Under the pieces are notes generated by a model. It made no database searches and was not told the DNA's origin. It saw only the letters and a list, made by a program, of their open reading frames with translations. A DNA stretch of 62,588 nucleotides, the filler included, from Sphacelaria rigidula (lineage: Eukaryota): the NCBI GenBank assembly GCA_964200075.2. It is 8 parts of 8 records of this genome, joined end to end, with 100 filler letters (N's around TTAATTAATTAA, not from the genome) between each part and the next. Parts side by side here need not be neighbours in the genome. Positions count along the whole stretch, not along the records: positions 7,838 to 15,574 come from CAXNAA020013624.1; positions 15,675 to 23,410 come from CAXNAA020013625.1; positions 23,511 to 31,246 come from CAXNAA020013626.1; 5 more parts are not named here. One strand, 5' to 3'. Of the stretch, positions 14,101 to 25,137 are shown one piece after another (position 1 is the stretch's first letter; each line of letters starts with the position of its first letter). The position numbers and the translations under genes are program-made.

Positions 14101-14347
14101 TAATCGGATACATCAAATCATTTGAATCAAAAAGGAGCGCATCGAACAATCAGTACAACAGGGTAGGAATTGTACGACGGCAGAGCAGAGAGGGACGGGC
14201 GGGTACACAAATGGGAGGGTCCTTACCCATGACTTCTCCCACGCTTGACATGGCAGATCCGATGTTGCTCGACACGCCCTCGAACTTCGATAAGTCCCAT
14301 CTGGGGACCTTAGTCACGCAGTAGTCCAAAGACGGCTCGAAGCATGC
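8179..14347 (-). CDS. CPS: Carbamoyl-phosphate synthetase, synthetase (large-subunit) region; six internal exons of a partial gene (eukaryotic CPS1/CPSIII/CAD type)
   Basis: Phase-consistent GT-AG exons: 14347-14227, 12979-12886, 11449-11272, 10070-9966, 9547-9424, 8309-8179. They translate to [98 protein letters not shown], which are hallmark CPS motifs. Confidence 0.96.
12190..12630 (+). mobile_element. Transposon-derived fragment in a CPS intron, homologous to the relic at ~32440-32710
   Basis: [49 protein letters not shown] aligns with [48 protein letters not shown] on the minus strand of contig 5. Confidence 0.6.
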
Positions 14348-14944
14348 CTGCGGGTTGTTTGGTAGAATAACACGCGGGCTATTGCGGGTCAACTCTAGCC
14401 TTTCGGGATACTCCCGAGGTAGACACCCCGAGTCCTACCGTCAATTTTCCAGACGAAAATGATGCTGATCGAATACTATAGATAGATGGATACCCTTCGG
14501 TGGCGCAAGGGTTTCAACGATCATGACACATCCAGATACTTGTGTTCATTCATGGGATCGGCATCATGTCCAATTTGATTCAGTAATAATTCAGTCATAC
14601 CCGGTTGTTCTTCCGCAAAAAGCCCTTGCGAATGGATGAAGACAGGGCTCATGAAGCGCAGAGTTTCAATAAACCCTTCGGCGCGAGCCATCATATTCGG
14701 AATAACATTGCTGGTTATCGCGACGCTCGACAGTTAAGCAGCTCCTCTCTGGCACCGAGCATCCCCCATGATCACCTTCTTACCGCAACGGGTATCTCGG
14801 GGTCTCCAACGACTTCACTTACGTGTTTTTCCATCCAAGATATCTTCAGTGATGCATCTACGGCCCATCTGCGGTACCTAGGGCTCAGGGATGAGCGTGC
14901 TACTCGTGCATTTTCACCAAAAAACATTGCTGATTGCTCAAAAG

Positions 14945-15080
14945 GAAAAAAAAAAGTGACCGCGGTCCAAGGGGTATCCACGAAACTTTTGCACCATTCC
15001 ACGTGCCTGGGCTGCGTGTACTTGGGTTACAACGCTGAAAACAAAGCCTAGGGATTGATTCGGACGATTCGAATCAAGTA
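14945..15080. repeat. Dispersed repeat; inverted copy at ~17528-17692
   Basis: Shared ~130-nt motif CCAAGGGGTATCCACG..CCATTCCACGTG..GGGCTGCGTGTAC..CAAAGCCTAGGGAT. Confidence 0.8.
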
Positions 15081-15297
15081 GACTAAAATCAAGTAATTTC
15101 CAGACGAATCATTGATTTGTCTGACCCTTGAAACATTGAAATGAGTTGTGATTAGCAGGGGATCACTTGAAAGCATCACACGCCCTTCCGAAGCCTATAC
15201 GTCAACAAATATATGCGATGATGGTGTCATGATCCAATCTCGAAACCCCGCGTCTCTTACAAGCTGGGCCAGCCTAGAGGCTGCATGAACGTTTGCA

Positions 15298-15571
15298 GGC
15301 GGATGCGCCGGCCAGTATTTGGAGTTAGACCCTAAAATTTGGTATGGATAATGCATGGGGCATAATAGAAAATCGTGAAGGAGCACTTTGTGTTTTCTTT
15401 TTTCGTGAGATAAGGGCGTTTCGCTGAAAAAACTTGAAAACTGATAATTGCCCTTAACTCACGAAAAAAAAAAACCTCAATGTGCTCCTCCACGATTTTT
15501 TATTATGCCCCATGAATTATCCATACCAAATTTCAGGATCTAACTCCAAATATTGGCCGGCGCATTCGCCT
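15298..15571. repeat. Foldback/MITE-like inverted repeat (arms ~120 bp); related copy at ~30317-30568
   Basis: GCGCCGGCCAGTATTTGGAGTTAGA..AATTTGGTATGGATAAT.. pairs with ..ATTATCCATACCAAATT..TCTAACTCCAAATATTGGCCGGCGC. The spacer contains GAAAACTGAT in both copies. Confidence 0.85.
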
Positions 15572-16226
15572 TTCNNNNNNNNNNNNNNNNNNNNNNNNNN
15601 NNNNNNNNNNNNNNNNNNTTAATTAATTAANNNNNNNNNNNNNNNNNNNNNNNNNNNNNNNNNNNNNNNNNNNNTGTAATCCTCCGGGTTCTCATCCTCA
15701 ATGAAAAGCACCATCCTCAACATAGATGATCGGCTGTTTATTTGAAAAAATCGGGACTCGTTGCCATAAAAGTGGGTCTTAGGTCGTGTCTTATCGAGAC
15801 AAAAAAAATGAGCGATAAAGAGAAAAGCAACCGAAATAAGCTTGTTGATTGGTCGCTGCGATACCTTCCTCCCAAAGAATAAAGGCGGGGGTGCTCCTTT
15901 TTCGAGGCGGCGGCGCTTTCTTTTCCTGCAAGTGTTCGGTGTGGTGCGCCAGTCGTTGTCAACATCACTATTAGAGTATGACTCATTTTGCACCGAATCA
16001 AATAGATAATGACCGCTATGCGATAATTGCGGACTGCCCGCCGTTCGTGCACGAGGCAAGCAAGAGAACGCCGCGCACATACCGCACCGTCTGGTCGAAG
16101 AGAAAAGCTGAAGGCCACAGGCATTCATTTCCAAACTCAGTGCGGATTTTTTAGCTGCCGAGTGATAGCTCACAGCCTTTCTACACAGAGAGTTTGACTT
16201 GAGGTTGTGTGCTCTTACTTGAGAAA

Positions 16227-19200
16227 ATGGCGGAAGATGCGGGAGACATGGAGGAATTGCGGGAGCAGGATAGGTTCTTGCCTATTGCCAACATTAGCCG
16301 CATCATGAAGAAGTCTCTACCCGACAATGCCAAGATTGCCAAAGACGCCAAGGAGACTGTGCAGGTTTGCGCTATTCCTGTGTGCACCTGCTTCGTCACA
16401 TACGAAGCAAGGGTATACACTTGAAATAATGGGCGGCGTAAAAAACTCGAATTATCTTGATATTTTACAAAAGATGGGCGTCTGCCGGCCTGCGGGAGGC
16501 GCCCGTCCTGGGGCAGGCGCTTGCTGTGAGCGGAAGGTAGTTCATGGCGGGTCGCCCGTTCCGCCGCAGGCATTTGATTCATTGTGCTTGTCCCAGGGAA
16601 TCGCTGTAAGAGGTTTGAGCTTTGTCGGATCTGCTATTATCCCGTACCTGACCTTTTTTCTCTTCGCTTGGTTTCAATCTCTCTAGGAGGTGGGAGTTTG
16701 CTCTGAGTTTGAACGAGGTTCCTCGCTTCGTCACGGATGCCACCCATGTTGTGCCGCTTGCTGCTCAGACGTTGCTCCGCTGGTCTGCCGAGTGAACATG
16801 TGTCCCTCTCTCGACCGTGTCGCATAGTGCGCATAAACCACCGCACGCTCGGCGTCCCCCTTCGTGTAGAGATGTGAGAATGATATGTGTTGAAACCTTA
16901 TATACAACGAACATTGCCGGGATGCACAGCAAGTACAGTAAGAGATTCTCAATGACGACGGTGTATTCAACCCGCCTGCCGCCGGGGCCGCACACTCTGA
17001 GGATGGCTTAATTGTTTCGGCGGCGGCGCCGCTTTGACGGAAACCCCGTGGGCACTCTGCCGTGTACCGTATACCTTATCCAGGATCATGTCTGTGTGTC
17101 TTGCTGTAGCTGTTTTGAGGGTCAGGGTCAGGGTGACAGATTGCAACCACTGGGGGGCAAATATATACGAACACGTGAAAGGTTAGGCCTCCCGTCGTCC
17201 TTCGTGTGTGGCCGGTTCACCGATCGACTACGTATGAGGCCGTGTCTCGAGCCCTTGGACCACGAGGGTAAAGAGTGTCATATATTTTCTTCACTAATGC
17301 CTCCTCAATGGCTGACTCACCCTGACGGTCAAGGGGTTAGGGTTGACCCAATTTTGCAAAAACAAACTCTGCGGCCGCCTCTTATCACAAGCACAAATAG
17401 AACGCTGGAAAACTACCTTTTTGGAGCTTCAGCTGCGTTGTTTCACGCCCTTAAAGAGAGCAAAGTGGATTTCTACACCCGGGAATGCCTTGCTTTCAAG
17501 GGTCGAACAAATAATGATTCGTCTGAAAATTACTTGGTTTCAGTATAATTGATTCGACTCGTACGAATCCATCCCTAGGCTTTGTTTGCAGCGTTGCAAC
17601 CCAGGTACACGCAGCCCNNNNNNNNNCAGACACGTGGAATGGCGCAAAAGTTACGTGGATACCCCTTGGGCCAGCGGTCAACTTTTTTCTCCCTTTTGGG
17701 CAATCGGGCCAAAGAAATCGAGGATTTGGTGATTTGTAGTCGTGATGATTCGTCCTAACCGTGCTTCCTTCACCCGTTGAGACTATTCCAGTACACCGGT
17801 GCGTTTTTTCGGTGGCCGCCGTCTTTTTCTTGGCCAAGCTTGATTTTTCCTCGGAAATCGTTCATCTTTCTCGGAGACTGGTCGAGTCCAATTATTCTTC
17901 GGATTTTATTCTGGACTTGACCAGACTCCGAGAAAAATGAGCTGGGGTGGTCTCCGGGAAAAATGAAAGGTTAGCCAAAAAGAAATGCTGCGGCCACAGG
18001 GAAACGCAAAGGTGTCCTTGAACCGTCTCAATGAGTACAGCAAGGCATTGCCAGGTGTCAAAATCCACCTGGCTCTCTTTTGCGATATAGAACGGCGCAT
18101 GAGCCCCAAAAAGACAGCTTTGCTGTGTTTCTTCTTCTCATTTGCCATAAGAAGCGGTCTGAACAGAGTAATTTCATTGCTTGTTTTGAGCAGTTCTCGC
18201 TACACGTGAAAGAACAACCGATGCAACGAACGGTGACTTGACCGAGGTACAAGACCTGATCCATGTCGCAATTACTTGTAATTTGTTCCGCGGGCCCACG
18301 ATAGTGTAGAAGTTCCTGTATTCACAGCCGCTCTTGCCAGCATTTTGATCTCACGATATCCGTTTCTCAGGCGCGTATAAGAACTTTGAGATCTGCTCAG
18401 TGGAGAATGACCGACACCAAGACTCGCGATTTTGCAAAATGAAAATGGGCGTACAAGATACGCGTGAAATTTTCTTTGTTTTCTTGTTTTGACTGCGCTA
18501 CAGCCACTGAAAACATTGCTCATCGCTTCTCGTTCAGTTCCTGTTGGATCCAACCCGAAAAAAGTATATCGTGCTCAGCCAGCCAAAAGCTACATTCCGG
18601 TGTGTGTGTTGTTGCATTTCGAGTTCTGAAGCTCGTACAGCGTGGTTGGAGTGGTGTGTATACATCCTTGCTCCATGTCTCTAACCGCACCCCTTGGTCG
18701 CCACAAAACACGCCATTATCCCGGTTTTGTTCCCGTTCACCTGCCCGGTCGTGTTTACCCAACCATCAGAGCGTTCCGATCATTCACACGGCTTGAAAAA
18801 ACGACTGCCAAAGAACCGTCAAGGGTTTTATAATTTAGTCGGAAAATCGGATCCCAGTTTCGGGTCAAGACACGGCCCAACTAGGTCTGGAGTGAAAAAA
18901 ATCCACTTTCATTCAATCTTGCTGTACGCCCTTCGGCGACGCCCACTTTCGTATGAGGTGCGAGCGAGAGCAGACACGAGGTTTGTGTTGGAGAATGCGA
19001 GTTTTCTCCGAAGGCGACCACCGTAACGAAATACGGGTTCTTTCTCCAGCTCCACGCTTCGTATCACATCATCCCATCATGGAAACATTGCAGCTTACGA
19101 TGTATTTGATCTGTGGCACTTGTGGTGTATCCGTGTTCCTGTCATGGACACATGGTGCTTTAAAGCGCTGTCATTATTAAACACCCCACAGTAACTGTTC

Positions 19201-20621
19201 TTGAAGTCGATGTTCGCTCGCAAGGTTCCACACCCTGAACAATATGTGATCGACAGGTGCAATAGACGAAAAATGTACTGAGTAAAGTATGGGCCTATTG
19301 CCACTATTTTCGGTCGTCAATACTGTAGTTGCAATAGGCCAAAACTTTACCTGGTACATTTTTCGTCTGTTACATCTATTGACCATATATTATCCAGGGT
19401 ATGCAAGGTTCCCATAGTACTGAAGTTGATCCTCGGGATACAATTCCCGCTGTTGGGTGAAAGCTCGGCAAACGAGAAGCCACCTTGCGAGGTTAACCCT
19501 GTGTCTACACGAGCGAGGTTGTAGGGCAGGATTGAGAGAGGTGGTAAAATGTGTAAAGCACTCACAAGCCGTCCCGGGCGCCATCAACCCTCGGCCGGCC
19601 GGCGGCGGCCCGTCGAGCTTGGCTGTAGGATAGAGAACATATGAAGGTGTTACTAGTTCGCGACGAAGTCGAAAAGTTCGCTTGCAATCAAGGGATTGCA
19701 CATATCTCATTCCGGTACTACACCTGTACCATCCTCCCTTTTGGAATGTAGGTTCAAGTGCGGATAGGAGTCCAGCCTCCACTTTTCAAAGTCGGGGTCG
19801 AGTCTCCCAGCCCCCCCCCCCTCCCCACCTTTTTGGCCTTGGAGAAAATATTGTGTTTTACGCAGTGGTCGAAAACCACCATGAAAGCAGGATGAAGGCC
19901 ACTTGCAAGCAGCTACGTCGGCTGTAGGATTGATCTAACGAATATGCATCCTCCGTTACGTGATATGTTTCTTTTCTGTAGGGAGCAGCGCGGTCTTCAG
20001 GCAATTGCAAAACTCAGTTGCCTCAACGTTTTCCCCACACCACATTAGTTCGATATTTGTGACTCGCGGTCAACTTGTTGCAATCTCAAGAGCATGTTGA
20101 GAATCCATGCTCCTCGTTCAGTAAGATGCTTCCATTCACACGTGAAACGATTTCAACTTCAGAGGCCTGTGAACTTGATAAACTTGGATTTTCAACTCTT
20201 CCGCACCTCTTACAGGATGAAAAAAACTCACGATCAGCAGCATATAATGCATCGTAACGACCAACAAGGTCCCCCCCTTTTCTCTCTCCTTTTTTGGTAT
20301 TGACAGGAGTGCGTATCAGAGTTCATCTGTTTCATCACCTCCGAGGCAAGCGACAAGTGCCAATTGGAGAAGCGTAAGACTATCAACGGCGAAGATATAC
20401 TCTGGGCCATGAGCACCTTAGGTTTCGATAAGTACGTCGACCCACTAAAAATCTACCTCGCGAAGTACCGCGAGTCGGTAAAGGGAGAGAAGCCAGACCG
20501 TAAGGGGAAGGGAGACGACAGAACAGAGGCCATGTCCACGCCGGGTTCGTATCATGGGGCGCCGGGTGCAGGCGGGGCAGGCGCAGGAGGAGGCGGAGCG
20601 GGCATGGTCGGGGGTTTCTAA
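16227..20621 (+). CDS. NFYB: Nuclear transcription factor Y subunit B (CCAAT-binding histone-fold protein), complete, ~150 aa
   Basis: Exon 1 16227-16364 ([46 protein letters not shown]). Phase-0 GT-AG intron of ~3.9 kb. Exon 2 20307-20621 ([51 protein letters not shown], then a Gly-rich tail and stop). Confidence 0.98.
17905..18180. repeat. Dispersed DNA-transposon-like repeat; copy at ~21950-22200, inverted pieces at ~17410-17495 and ~17770-17890
   Basis: Shared GACTTGACC..GGTGTCC(T/T)(T/G)GAACCGTCTCAA(T/C)GAGTACAGCA..GGTGTCAA. Confidence 0.75.
19230..19400. repeat. Two retroposon-type 3' tails in tail-to-tail orientation
   Basis: GACGAAAAATGTACTGAGTAAAGTATGGGCCTATTGC on plus faces GACGAAAAATGTACCAGGTAAAGTTTTGGCCTATTGCAACTA on minus. 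The same tail ends the SINE at 35122-35514. Confidence 0.65.
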
Positions 20622-22249
20622 ATTTGATCACATTCCTGTTGAGTTCATGTTTCCAGTTGCTTGTGGTTGAAGAAATTCGGGGATGTTACCCAGGACTGAC
20701 GGTTGAAGGTGTGTTCGGATTTCTTCCCCCTTCCCACGCCCTTCCTTTCCCTTCGCGCGATTAGGGTTCGACGCGGCATATAGACATACAGGGTACAGCA
20801 AGGCGTTTCTTGTCACAAGTGTTGTTCAGGAGTTGTGTTCGTTTGGGGCTGGTGTACCCCCTTTAGCCCTACGGGGTGGGTTGGGTCAACTCTTCAAGCG
20901 GCCGCAGATGAACACCTGTCATGTTCCAAGTAAATATATTGCCTGTACAACAGATGAGAACCCTTGAAGGTGAAAGGGCTCTAGATGAGGGAGCAAAGTG
21001 GCAGGTAGGTTTCTGATTGCCCCCCCCCCTCCGAAAAGAATAATTGGGAAATCTGATCGGCCGATAGTCCTTGGCCGACTGAGTGATCCGTTGACATTCC
21101 TTACTTGTAGAGAAACCGGAGAATTCGGTGTTTTTTTGTGCTCGAAGGGATGACATGGCGCTCGAGGTACGGAACCCGTAGTTCGCGTATCATGTTGGAG
21201 TGATTCTACGGTAAGGGTGCACTTTTTAGCTCAAGCGGTTTCTGAGGCTGCACACCAAGGCCCAGATGTTTGTCATCGAGAGGGTCCTCCTATAGTGCAG
21301 AGCCTGGAGAAGAAAATTGTGCAGTCATGATGTGTTTTTCAGTTGCTCCGGAGTGTATAAAAAAAGGAAAAATTGTGAAGAGTGTTGGAGGATTTTTTTT
21401 TGTGTCGGGTGTTGGAGTTCGAAAGTTTTTGCTCGTGTGTTCACAGTAGAGCTTTTTCTTGTGGAGCTGCGTTCCGGCATGTATGTAGCAAGTCTAGAAC
21501 ATAAGCGGCTGCTGAACAGTCCACCCCAAACTGTACGCGCTTGAATGGCCATGCGTACCGGGGGTGCCCTTCGATTGAAATCTAAACACCAAGGCAGAAT
21601 AGATGAGACGACAACACCAAGGCAAGGCCGCCAGTGTTGCAGTTGAGTGTTTTTAGCGGGAAGGGATGGAGGGTGGTGATATGCAGCGATTGCCATGCCC
21701 CCCCAAGAACCTCAAGTTATTCTCCAGCACTCCTGGCAACGGAATCTCATAACTAGTTGCGTGCGAACAACCACGTCACTCAGCCAAGAACCGGTGCAAC
21801 GAGATGGTTGGCAAACCAGTACCTGGTCAGCAAGCTGTATGACGTAAGATCCTTTGTTTGGAAGAGCGACGAACCTAGAAACCTGTACACTACGAGCTCG
21901 TTTGTGCTCACTACCCAGAACCCACTCAGCCGCCTCTTCCGAAGTTGTTCATGACTTGACCGGTCTCCAAGGAAAATTAAGGATCTCCGAGAAATATACA
22001 AGTTTTGGTAGGAAAAGAAAAAAAATCGGCCACCGAAGAACGTGAAGGTGTCCTGGAACCGTCTCAACGAGTACAGCATGGTATTCCGAGGTGTCAATAT
22101 TCGCCTAGCCCTCGTTCAGTTCGTAACATGATGCAGAGGGTAAAAATGGCTGTTTTCCATTTCTTTTTCGTTCACCATAAGAAGCGACCTTATCGTGTGC
22201 AAATTTCAACATATCTACCACGGGACAGCGAAAAATCAAAGGATAGTTC

Positions 22250-22430
22250 TGGTCCCGCCGGTTATCGGGGGTCCCGGGGTGCTGGTGAGTCACATGCCCT
22301 GCTGGAACCCTCGATAACTGACGAAATATATAAATCAAAAGGCCCCATGTGTGTGTGCGTTCAAAATCTTCAGTCTTGAATACAATAATCGGCCTAAACA
22401 TTCGCGCTTCTGTGCGATCAAGTGGGCATA
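22250..22430 (+). repeat. Dispersed repeat; second copy at ~28595-28790
   Basis: Shared CCGCC..GGGGTCCC.GGG..CACATGCCCT..GGAACCC..GATAACTG.CGAA..TGTGCGAT. Confidence 0.75.
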
Positions 22431-23244
22431 AAAGGTACCATTTCCCAACTACTTGATTTCAGTATGGAAACGTCTTCAGGAATGGACTAATGCCGGGATA
22501 GCCCCCCTCCCTAGGAAAGAGGCTGACTTATGGAGGCAAAATCTACTACATGTAAATGAAGATGACAAATGCCGAGCACACCGAGCACCGGGAATCCCCA
22601 CGCTTGTGATCGATTTCGCCAATGTCGCTCATATTACTATGGGTGAGTCATGCAGTCTGAAACCAGCTGTCATGTGCTGTAAGATCATTTTCCTCGTGAC
22701 AGGTTTCGAGCTGGCTTTGGGGGGGCTATCGCGGCATTACTCTTTGGTTATCGTCAAAATGGAAAAATCTGCATCAGGTTTCCGAGGTACGCAGCAACAC
22801 GTGTACAAAATTCCTTGGGCCACGCAAAAACGCGTAGTATTTTTGTTTTTAAGGCATATTCATACCGGCTTCCGGGAGTCTTCACACCGGGACCCCCGAA
22901 AACCGGTGAAGAGCGGAGAAGCGTTGAAATGTTCTTCAACAAAATCTTACTAACGGCTAAAACTTGCGGCAGATGACGCTACACGGAGAAAGCCGCAGGG
23001 CACTGTTGCAAGCAACAGTACGATGCGCGTTCAAATATCTTGGCACACGGAACGGCGGAATCGTGAGGGAAAGGTAAAGGGGCAATAGGGAAAAAGAGAA
23101 CAAAAACAACCTAAACGAGAAGAGGAAAAGTCAGAGGAAGCGAAGCCAAAGAATGATTTGCCCTACGCGCAGGCATCAAAATCTGAACGAACGGCTCAAC
23201 CCTGCGGCAAAGAACAGCCGATCATCGAAAGTGAGGATGGGAGT

Positions 23245-23305
23245 GATGCTACGGTAGGGGTGCAGAAATATTTTCTGAGGTTAGAATTGTTAGGAGCCCT
23301 TTTCT
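23245..23305. repeat. Near-identical repeat segment; inverted copy at ~47067-47122
   Basis: GATGCTACGGTAGGGGTGCAGAAATATTTTCTGAGGTTAGAATTGTTAGGAGCCCT. Both copies lie near contig ends. Confidence 0.85.
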
Positions 23306-25137
23306 CATCCAAAACACGACCTATGGAAATATATGAAAGTACTCCAGGATTACTACTCCAATGTGCTGGGAGTATCCCGAATGAATTTTGCAAACGGGAA
23401 TGCCCTGACGNNNNNNNNNNNNNNNNNNNNNNNNNNNNNNNNNNNNNNNNNNNNTTAATTAATTAANNNNNNNNNNNNNNNNNNNNNNNNNNNNNNNNNN
23501 NNNNNNNNNNCCGTTTTTCTCTTTTAATCGTATCATCTACTCTCAATCTCACGAAAACACTGTTGAGTGTGTTCGGTCGTCTGATATACCTCGGATCCAT
23601 ATTTTTCGTGGGATCACCCCCCCCCTGCCGTCTTATTACTCTCTAATGTTACTTTTCTTGCATTGGCAATCAGGTTAGCCAAAAGGTGGTTCATCAACAA
23701 TTTCACGCCTCGCACTTGCTTTTCACTTTCTTGCACTCAATACGTTCATGACTTCGCGTCGAAACCGTGCCACCATAATTCAAACCGTTCCTCTCACGCT
23801 TCCCGTGTTCGAGATCGACAGCCCAGCAACTGTCGCTCCATCGATCCGCTGCTTGGCGCCAGCCCCTCGACGTATCATTTTCAGCTACGCAATCCAATGC
23901 AGCAGCAGTTACTTTGTACCAATCCAAACTACAGAACCTGCTCCCCCAGCGTGCACCCTACATCCTCGTTACACGTATCATTTTCGACAGTCAATTCTTG
24001 AGCTGCTATCAAGTGATGCCACGGTAGGGATGCACGTTTTGGGCCAACACTTGTCTGAGGCTGCGTACTAAGGCCCAGATATTAATCATCGAGAGGCTCC
24101 TACACAACATTGTCGCCTCAGAACAACGAAGCGCACCTCTACTGTGACATTGCTCCATCATATTTCGGCAACTAACCGATAGTTATGGTACTCTGGAGTA
24201 CTTACAGTGTTGTTCCTAATATCCTGGGGTATCGTATAGAATGCTATATGAAGCACCTATGGAGCATTGGCCGAAGTTACCACTCGTTACACCGAATTCT
24301 AGGGCCAGCAAAGTCACCATTTAACAAGACGCACAGCCATGACAGGACCCGCCAAGGCTCACCATCATAACCATGCGACTTGGTAGCACTTCGAACGCCT
24401 CCCGGCGTTGCTCGAACCTCTCAAGATGAGGCACGTGCGGGAGCATTACATCTCGGTACTATATCCACTGCTATCGCTTTAAACATTCGCCTCATTAACG
24501 ACATATATCCGGCGACAGATCCAATATTTCGTCCAAGCGTCTCACCCACAAGGCTTCTATTTACGGTTGAACGAGGACGTTAATGGTTAAACCATATTCT
24601 GTCTCTATAGGTGCAAGAATTCAACACAGCTACCCCTGCGTGAGTATACCCACGCGGGATCTGCAATATATTCCTGAAATCAGTGCGTATGACAATCTGT
24701 GGAAGTAAAAACACATCTCAGGTGGCGGAATGATTCACCGGCGGAACCGCATCAATTGGCAAGTGATCTCAAGTAGTAGATCACATCACAGACAAATGTC
24801 TCAAGCACAAGCAAATGCTCGAGAACACATGACAAGGTTTGTCTGTCGATGACAAACAGACCACAAAAAACACACATTACAATGATCTACAAGAATGATC
24901 AAAGGCAACGTACCATCAGAATCTAAAAGAATGCGCCCAGGGAGCGCTGCCCAGTTTTAGACTACACCCTAGAGTACGTGAGTTGTTCATCGGTCATTCG
25001 CAAGTTTACACTATCCCGCACAACCTCAAAACTGCGCCATGTAGTGAACACGACCGTAGAGAAATAATTATTTAGGACCACGGATTTACGGAAGACACTC
25101 TGCGCAGGAATGCTCAACCAAACACCAATTTTCTTTC

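Noticed and set aside
336-14347. Gypsy element apparently inserted in a CPS intron; similar repeats flank the gap at ~7620-7737 and ~7880-7995
   Set aside because: An artificial linker separates them, and the flanking repeats are diverged copies, not an overlap.
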